Below, piece after piece: positions 58,262 to 64,000 of a DNA stretch of 64,000 nt; the stretch's first letter is position 1; each line of letters starts with the position of its first letter. A program made the position numbers and the translations under genes. Origin of the DNA: a virus; IMG/VR virus record IMGVR_UViG_3300032309_001318, positions 1 to 64,000 of that record; one strand, given 5' to 3'. The notes below the pieces were generated by a model that was given only the letters and a program-made list of their open reading frames with translations, made no database searches and was not told the origin of the DNA.

Positions 58262-58607
58262 TTTCCCTTCAGGAATTGCGGTTAAAACCGATAAGGCAAC
58301 TTATTGGATTAAAGACGGAAAGAGATATAAATTGATTTCGGACAGGGCTTCAAAGTCTTGGTCATTTGCTACAGCAAATGCAACAGAAGAGGCATTATCG
58401 TTAATCAAGATTGCAGGAAAACTTGGGTTTAGAGACGGCTCTTTGATAAAGAATATAGCAGATGGTAAAATATATTTAATATCACAAAATAAAAAGAGAC
58501 ATATTGTAGACCCAGATTCATTTACTAAATACGGCCTAGATAGATCAAAGGTTATAGAGGTAAGCGAGTCGGAATCAAATGCTCATGATTTAGGAGAAAA
58601 TTTATAA
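58209..58607 (+). CDS. Two-repeat protein (G..K...Y.I....KR) of unknown function
   Basis: Internal duplication; GTG start chosen to limit overlap. Confidence 0.65.
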   Translation: MKSLFKNTQTLLITSPTNFPSGIAVKTDKATYWIKDGKRYKLISDRASKSWSFATANATEEALSLIKIAGKLGFRDGSLIKNIADGKIYLISQNKKRHIVDPDSFTKYGLDRSKVIEVSESESNAHDLGENL

Positions 58608-59041
58608 TGGCAGAAACATGGAAGTCCGTAGTATTCAATGAGGGTGCCCCACTAGATCCTAATGATTTAAATCAATTACAAACTAATTTAACAAACGTAT
58701 TTAACACATCTAAGTCTTTATTAAATGCAACTAAAGATGCCTCTGGCACAAATAGAGTTGCAATTATTGACTCAAATGTAGAAACAATTCCATTAAGTGG
58801 AAAAGCAAACATAGCCTCTTCAGCATATCCAGTAACATTTAGTTCTTCATTTAATTCTGGAACCGAAATATCATTTACGGCCTCTGTAGGAGACGTACCC
58901 TTATCGGGAGCTGGAGTCATATCTGTTGCAGCCGTTGTAACACCTGGAACTCTAAGCGGCAAGATATATGTTACAACTAGTTTAGCAAAGGCTGGTTCAG
59001 TTAAAGTGAACTGGATTGCAGCCCAATTAAAAGACATTTAA
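58607..59041 (+). CDS. Minor structural protein with beta-sandwich C-terminus
   Basis: PLDPNDLNQL; VTFS..F; VNWIA end. Confidence 0.6.
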   Translation: MAETWKSVVFNEGAPLDPNDLNQLQTNLTNVFNTSKSLLNATKDASGTNRVAIIDSNVETIPLSGKANIASSAYPVTFSSSFNSGTEISFTASVGDVPLSGAGVISVAAVVTPGTLSGKIYVTTSLAKAGSVKVNWIAAQLKDI

Positions 59042-59044
59042 TAC

Positions 59045-59072
59045 TTGACGATATTTAACAATATGCTACAAT
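59045..59072 (+). promoter_or_regulatory. Promoter TTGACG-N16-TACAAT (extended -10) heading the replication module
   Basis: Near-consensus hexamers. Confidence 0.6.
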
Positions 59073-59086
59073 TCCATGTGGTATGC

Positions 59087-59110
59087 AAAGTCACGAAACC
59101 GTGACTTTTT
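59087..59110 (+). terminator. Intrinsic terminator-like hairpin
   Basis: AAAGTCACG-AAAC-CGTGACTTT-TTT. Confidence 0.65.
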
Positions 59111-59128
59111 TAATTTAAGGAACAAAGA

Positions 59129-59944
59129 ATGTCAAATGATTTAAAATGGATGCTTTCATCAGATCAGCAATTTCCGTACCAAGATGATAAAATGATTGAT
59201 CTTTGGTTTAAAGTAATGAAATGGTTTAAGCCAGACGTTGTAGATTATCTTGGCGATACAGATGATCAGGCATGCTACAGTAAATATACTGATGGTAAAC
59301 CAACAGAATTTTTAAAGGCATACAAGAACGATGATGTAACTAATGACCTAGAGTTAATGTTAAAAGATATGAAAATTGAAGCAAGCGGTGCTAGAGAATT
59401 TTATGCTAAGACAAGGAAAATGCTTCCGAAGGCTCAACTGTTTTCTGCTCTAGGAAATCACGATATAAGAATATTTGATTACCTAGATAAAAAGATTCCA
59501 GAGTATGCAAAGCACGTAACCCCAGAAGCTTTATGGAGTTTAGATTCTTTAGGATACGATTATATATATTATGATAGTTTGCCTAAGAAACGATTTGGAG
59601 ATATCCATGTTCACCACGGACTTTCAATATCAGCAACTGGAGCAGTAAGAAAAGATATGGAAGATATGCAGGTTTCATTAATTAGAGGACATTCTCATAG
59701 AATTGCTTCTCATATGGTAACCTATGAACTTAGAAATAACGGAAAAGGCGAAACTCTTAGAGGATATGAGATTGGTCACATGTGTGACGAAAAAGGTCCA
59801 GGAATGAAGTATACTCAACATCATGATTGGCAAAAGGGATTTGCTATAGCACATATTGAAAATGGAAAGTATCCACACGTACAAATGATACATGTATCCC
59901 CAAATTATACATGCGTAGTTGATGGAAAGACGTTTGCTTTATAA
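59129..59944 (+). CDS. Calcineurin-like metallophosphoesterase
   Basis: SDQQ, LGD, GNHD, HHG, GHSH. Confidence 0.88.
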   Translation: MSNDLKWMLSSDQQFPYQDDKMIDLWFKVMKWFKPDVVDYLGDTDDQACYSKYTDGKPTEFLKAYKNDDVTNDLELMLKDMKIEASGAREFYAKTRKMLPKAQLFSALGNHDIRIFDYLDKKIPEYAKHVTPEALWSLDSLGYDYIYYDSLPKKRFGDIHVHHGLSISATGAVRKDMEDMQVSLIRGHSHRIASHMVTYELRNNGKGETLRGYEIGHMCDEKGPGMKYTQHHDWQKGFAIAHIENGKYPHVQMIHVSPNYTCVVDGKTFAL

Positions 59945-60129
59945 TGTGGTGTCAAAAATGTAAAGGAAGAGTTTTTGTAGATAGAGTGTTTTCTCAAAAA
60001 CTTCACATAGAACTTTTTTGCATTCTTTGTGGAAAAAGATGGATGATTAACAAAGAGACGAATAGGTTTGGTAAATGGTTAGAAAAAAAAGATCAGGCGT
60101 ACGCAAAAAATTCCTCTATTTCTTCTTAA
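59944..60129 (+). CDS. Zn-ribbon protein
   Basis: CQKC...CILCG. Confidence 0.75.
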   Translation: MWCQKCKGRVFVDRVFSQKLHIELFCILCGKRWMINKETNRFGKWLEKKDQAYAKNSSISS

Positions 60130-60554
60130 ACGATAAATTACATAAAGTAATTAGATTGTCTAGGGCGAAAGACGAACTAGTAGCATGGTCATACCTAGAT
60201 AAAAAAAGAGTCCTGTATTCATTTTCAGATGTACAAAAGAATATGGAAACAGCATATACAATGAAACAAGCTGGACAAATATTGGGCAGGCACAAAGTTA
60301 CAATTGAAGAGTATATACTTCAAGGTAAAATAAGCAGACCTCAGAAGGTATACCCAATAAGTAATCCAAATAGCAGATGGTATAAATTTATGTTTAGTGA
60401 ATCTAGTATACTTAAAATACACGAGTATATACTCGAAGCTGGATATTCTAAAAATTTACCCTCAAAGGCAGAATTGCAGGCCCTTCTCAAACACAACATG
60501 ATATTGTATACTAAGACCGCTGACGGATTCGTACCAGTATGGAAGGCGGAGTAA
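60075..60554 (+). CDS. HTH DNA-binding protein (MerR/excisionase-like)
   Basis: YTMKQAGQILGRHKVTIEEYILQGKI. Confidence 0.75.
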   Translation: MVRKKRSGVRKKFLYFFLNDKLHKVIRLSRAKDELVAWSYLDKKRVLYSFSDVQKNMETAYTMKQAGQILGRHKVTIEEYILQGKISRPQKVYPISNPNSRWYKFMFSESSILKIHEYILEAGYSKNLPSKAELQALLKHNMILYTKTADGFVPVWKAE

Positions 60555-60664
60555 TGTCTAATAGAGTTGTTGTATGCGATATATGCAATAAAGAAATAGA
60601 CTTACGCTGGGCAATATTTGCAAGTGATACTTTAAGACGACATATTAAGGCGGAGCATAAGTAA
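60554..60664 (+). CDS. 36-aa C2H2 zinc-finger microprotein
   Basis: Manual translation MSNRVVVCDICNKEIDLRWAIFASDTLRRHIKAEHK; TAATG coupling both sides. Confidence 0.7.
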   Translation: MSNRVVVCDICNKEIDLRWAIFASDTLRRHIKAEHK

Positions 60665-60870
60665 TGTCAGAAACAAAAGTAAAGGTGGATCTTTCATTTA
60701 CTAGAAATCTTGGTAATTATGAAAGCATTAAAATTAGTATTGGTGTAGAGGACGATGTTCGCTCTGGGGAAAATGTCGACTCAGCCACAGAAAGAGTGTA
60801 TAAGTTTGTTGAAGAAAAATTAATTAAAAAAACTCAAGAAATAGAAGAAGAGCTAAACAGTGGAAAATAA
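60664..60870 (+). CDS. Hypothetical phage protein (TRNLGNYES motif)
   Basis: ORF track; coupled; GGAG RBS. Confidence 0.8.
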   Translation: MSETKVKVDLSFTRNLGNYESIKISIGVEDDVRSGENVDSATERVYKFVEEKLIKKTQEIEEELNSGK

Positions 60871-61204
60871 TTTAGAAATTTTACAGGTTGATAAAAACAA
60901 GCAGCCATATGTTATGCTTTGGAAGTACGAAAAGTTGTATGAAGAAAAATATGGCAAAAAGCCGATGTTAAATAAATATAGAGATAAGTCAGCTATGAAA
61001 GATGTAATTGAAAGTGTTGGGTTTGAAAGGGGCATGGATCTTTTAGAATATTATTTTAAAACACCAAAGTATGGACACCCACTTATATTTTTTTTATATA
61101 ATTTTGATAGAATGGACCGTGCAGAAAAAGAATTAATTAAGGATAAAAAGAATCGTAAACTTTTAAGAGAAGCAACTAAGAAGATGGTAGAGGGCGAAGA
61201 GTGA
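60860..61204 (+). CDS. Hypothetical protein upstream of the helicase
   Basis: ORF track; overlaps helicase start. Confidence 0.7.
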   Translation: MENNLEILQVDKNKQPYVMLWKYEKLYEEKYGKKPMLNKYRDKSAMKDVIESVGFERGMDLLEYYFKTPKYGHPLIFFLYNFDRMDRAEKELIKDKKNRKLLREATKKMVEGEE

Positions 61205-62439
61205 ATACAGAAGCAACAGTAATATCGGCGGTTTGCAAAAACAAAGACATAAGCACTTTGCTTGCAGATAACGTTGATGATTTATTTACTTCGCATAGAG
61301 ATGTATGGGATGGCCTAAAGTCATACTATTATAAGTTTAAATCAGTTCCAGAAATTGGAGTATTACAAGAAAAATTTAAAGACTTCGACCCAGACATAAA
61401 TGTTAAAGCCGAAACTGGATACTATTTAGATAAATTAAAAAATGAATATCTTTCTTCTAGGTTAAAGTCAATTATGTTGCAGGGCGGAGCAGCGCTTAAA
61501 GAAGATGCTGCATCTAGAGTCTTATCTGATATGCAAAGTAAACTTGCTGGGCTATCTAGATTTACAAACAACGTAAGAGATTTAGACGTAACAGACCTAG
61601 AGTCAGCAGAGCGACACTTTATGTCTGTGAAAGATAGATCATTAGCAATGGGTGGAAGCCCAGGAATTAAAACTGGATTTCAAGCAATAGACACAGCATA
61701 TCCAACTGGAATGGCACCAGGACATTTAATTGTTGCAATTGGTTGGCCAGGAAAAGGTAAAACGTGGTTTACATCGTATCTTGCATGCAAAGCTTGGGAG
61801 CAAGGATTTAAGCCAATGATTATTTCTCTCGAGATGTCTCCAGAAAATATGCGTGATCGCATTTATACAATGTTAGGATCTGGCTTATTTAAAGCTAGCG
61901 ATTTATCTAAGGGAGATATTAATATAGATGACTTCAAATCATGGGGTCAGAAAAAGTTTGAAGGGAAAAATAGTTTTGTATTAGTTTCAAATGAGGGAGC
62001 TGGCGATGTTACACCTGCTACAATCCAGGGAAAGATTGATCAGCACAAGCCAGATTTGGTTATCTTAGACTATCACCAACTATTTAATGATAACAAAAGA
62101 AGCAATTCTGAAGTGGAAAGAAATAGAAACGTGTCTCGTGAATTTAAGTTATTGGCTGTAACAAATAACATACCTGTCATTGATATCACAGCAGCAACCG
62201 CAGACGATATATCAGATCAAGATAATCCACCAATGATGTCTCAAGTTGCTTGGTCAAAGGCAATCGAATACGATGCAGATATGGCACTTGCCGTACACAG
62301 ACACCCAGGCACAAATTTAATTGAAATTGTTTCTAGAAAAAATAGACATGGAACTGAGTTTGCCTTTCATTTAGATTGGGATATTAACAGAGGTATTATC
62401 AAAGAATTGTACGATTATGTACCAGCACAAACAAATTAA
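61201..62439 (+). CDS. dnaB: DnaB-like replicative helicase
   Basis: Walker A GWPGKGKT, SLEMS, VILDY, IEYDAD, KNRHG. Confidence 0.93.
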   Translation: MNTEATVISAVCKNKDISTLLADNVDDLFTSHRDVWDGLKSYYYKFKSVPEIGVLQEKFKDFDPDINVKAETGYYLDKLKNEYLSSRLKSIMLQGGAALKEDAASRVLSDMQSKLAGLSRFTNNVRDLDVTDLESAERHFMSVKDRSLAMGGSPGIKTGFQAIDTAYPTGMAPGHLIVAIGWPGKGKTWFTSYLACKAWEQGFKPMIISLEMSPENMRDRIYTMLGSGLFKASDLSKGDINIDDFKSWGQKKFEGKNSFVLVSNEGAGDVTPATIQGKIDQHKPDLVILDYHQLFNDNKRSNSEVERNRNVSREFKLLAVTNNIPVIDITAATADDISDQDNPPMMSQVAWSKAIEYDADMALAVHRHPGTNLIEIVSRKNRHGTEFAFHLDWDINRGIIKELYDYVPAQTN

Positions 62440-62710
62440 AAGATTTAATATAGATGTAGAGTTTAAAGACGACTCAGATATAATTAGGCTCAAACATCAA
62501 TATGAAAGTATGCTAACTCATAAAATGAGAGACAAGGGATATTCAAGGGTACTTGACATAGACACCTCATTTTCGGTAGAATTTACTGGTACAACATGGA
62601 GATTCTTAATGACTCTTTATGGTATATATACAGGAAGGCGGAAAGCATGGCAATCAGAGGGAATAACACAGGGCAAGTTAGTTCCACGCAATATGCACCC
62701 AGCCATATAA
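62417..62710 (+). CDS. Hypothetical protein
   Basis: ORF track; bridges helicase and primase. Confidence 0.7.
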   Translation: MYQHKQIKRFNIDVEFKDDSDIIRLKHQYESMLTHKMRDKGYSRVLDIDTSFSVEFTGTTWRFLMTLYGIYTGRRKAWQSEGITQGKLVPRNMHPAI

Positions 62711-63645
62711 AATCTGTTATAAAGGAAATTGGTTTAAGGATAATTAGCGAGTCAAATAATAATTTGGTTATATATTGCCCATTTCATAATAATACCCATA
62801 GCCCTAGTTTTTATATTAGCGAAGAAAATGGAGCATGGCTTTGTTTTAATCCGTCATGTGGAGAAACTGGAAACATAATTCAATTAGTTAAACGCATTGC
62901 AGGTAAAAATGATTTTGAAGCTATTAGATTAATTACATCAAAAGAGTCACAGGCACTAGATAATTTTGACGAAGCCCTAAGTCAGATGTTTGAAGATAAA
63001 CCAGATTTTGTAGAGTTTGATCAAAAAAAACTTGACGACTTATCTTTAGAATTAACTTTAAATAAACCCGCTAGAGATTATTTTGAGTCTCGTGGAATCA
63101 ATGAACAATCTATGAATTATTTTAAATTAGGATATTCTGAGGCACAAGGCATGGTTATTGTCCCAGTTCATAGTCCAGACGGTACTCCAGTAGGACTAGT
63201 AGGCAGATCAATATCTGAAAAGAAATTTAAAAATAGCACAAACCTTCCTAAGAATAAAACTCTATTTAATATACATAGGGCAAAAAGAATTGGTGATCAA
63301 GTTATTATTGTTGAATCTAGTTTTGATGCAATAAGAATACATCAATCTGGATTCCCAAATGTTATTGCCACATTGGGCGGACATATATCTACAGATAATT
63401 TAAAGTTATTAAATAGATATTTTAATAAAGTAGTAATAATGACAGACGCAGATCAGGCTGGCAGAGAATTAGGAATGTCAATTTCTAGTAAATTAAAAAA
63501 TAAAGACATCTTGTGGGCTTCGCATTCTTATGGTAAGATATACCCTCATGATGCAAAAGATGCAGGAGACATGACTGAGGATGAAATTAAGCTTTGTATT
63601 AACAACGCTGTTTCTGATATAGAATACAAATCCTGGAGCTTGTGA
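62647..63645 (+). CDS. dnaG: DNA primase (CHC2 Zn finger + TOPRIM)
   Basis: CPFH...CFNPSC; VESSFDA; MTDADQAG; KDAGD. Confidence 0.92.
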   Translation: MAIRGNNTGQVSSTQYAPSHIKSVIKEIGLRIISESNNNLVIYCPFHNNTHSPSFYISEENGAWLCFNPSCGETGNIIQLVKRIAGKNDFEAIRLITSKESQALDNFDEALSQMFEDKPDFVEFDQKKLDDLSLELTLNKPARDYFESRGINEQSMNYFKLGYSEAQGMVIVPVHSPDGTPVGLVGRSISEKKFKNSTNLPKNKTLFNIHRAKRIGDQVIIVESSFDAIRIHQSGFPNVIATLGGHISTDNLKLLNRYFNKVVIMTDADQAGRELGMSISSKLKNKDILWASHSYGKIYPHDAKDAGDMTEDEIKLCINNAVSDIEYKSWSL

Positions 63646-63700
63646 TATAATACAGTTACAGATGGATTTATACCATCAACTATAGAAAAGAGGAAATAAA

Positions 63701-64000
63701 ATGGGTCTAGTAAAAGGACTAAAAGATTTAAATAAGGTAATGGATAAACCGCAATCATCTGGCGGAGATAGCTCAAGAGCACGTTGGGTTAAATTGGATG
63801 ACGCAGAAAGTGTTAAAATTAGATTTCTTCAGGAATTAGATCCTGACTCTCCCCACTATAATGAAAAAAATAGTTTGGGATTTATTGCAGTAGAACACAC
63901 GAACCCAAAAGACTATAAGCGTAAAGCTTTATGTACAATTGACGATCAAGGAAAATGTTGGGGATGTGAACAACATCGTAAAGATTACAAAGCAGGATGG
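63701..64000 (+). CDS. Probable ssDNA-binding protein (gp32-like), 5' part only
   Basis: Manual translation MGLVKGLKDL...WVKLDDAESVKIRFL...EH...C...CWGC; GAGGA RBS; TGATATAAT upstream. Confidence 0.7.
   Translation, partial: MGLVKGLKDLNKVMDKPQSSGGDSSRARWVKLDDAESVKIRFLQELDPDSPHYNEKNSLGFIAVEHTNPKDYKRKALCTIDDQGKCWGCEQHRKDYKAGW

Noticed and set aside
1-64000. Alternative genetic code or integrated prophage
   Set aside because: Genes are full length in code 11 with all three stops used; no integrase, att site or host housekeeping genes seen

Overview
A 64-kb, AT-rich segment of a large dsDNA siphovirus genome. An actinobacterial (possibly low-GC freshwater) host is inferred from GACAC and CRP-like operators, leaderless genes, a class II ribonucleotide reductase, an r1t-like holin and a PASTA domain. 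Layout: (1) 1-1650, a leftward array of tiny coupled genes with dense operators and a structured leader; (2) 1780-11054, accessory genes: tRNA-Glu, two candidate ncRNAs, HNH nuclease, cytochrome P450, sulfotransferase, lytic transglycosylase, GT4 glycosyltransferase, NrdJ, holin; (3) 11133-22045, a fibre/appendage cluster upstream of the head genes; (4) 22061-29417, a ten-gene tailoring cluster (2OG-Fe(II) oxygenases, prolyl-hydroxylase-like enzymes, a hydroxyproline-glycosyltransferase-like protein, an SDR); (5) 29443-59041, head and long non-contractile tail genes; (6) 59129-64000, replication genes. The best candidate for a new system is a duplicated cassette of an Mtd-N fibre followed by a protein with PFGFT-type repeats and an atypical Ser...His-Asp Hint domain. 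The second copy is followed directly by the tailoring cluster, suggesting phage-encoded autoprocessing, hydroxylation and glycosylation of a virion peptide. All calls are from motifs read by eye; no database searches were run.
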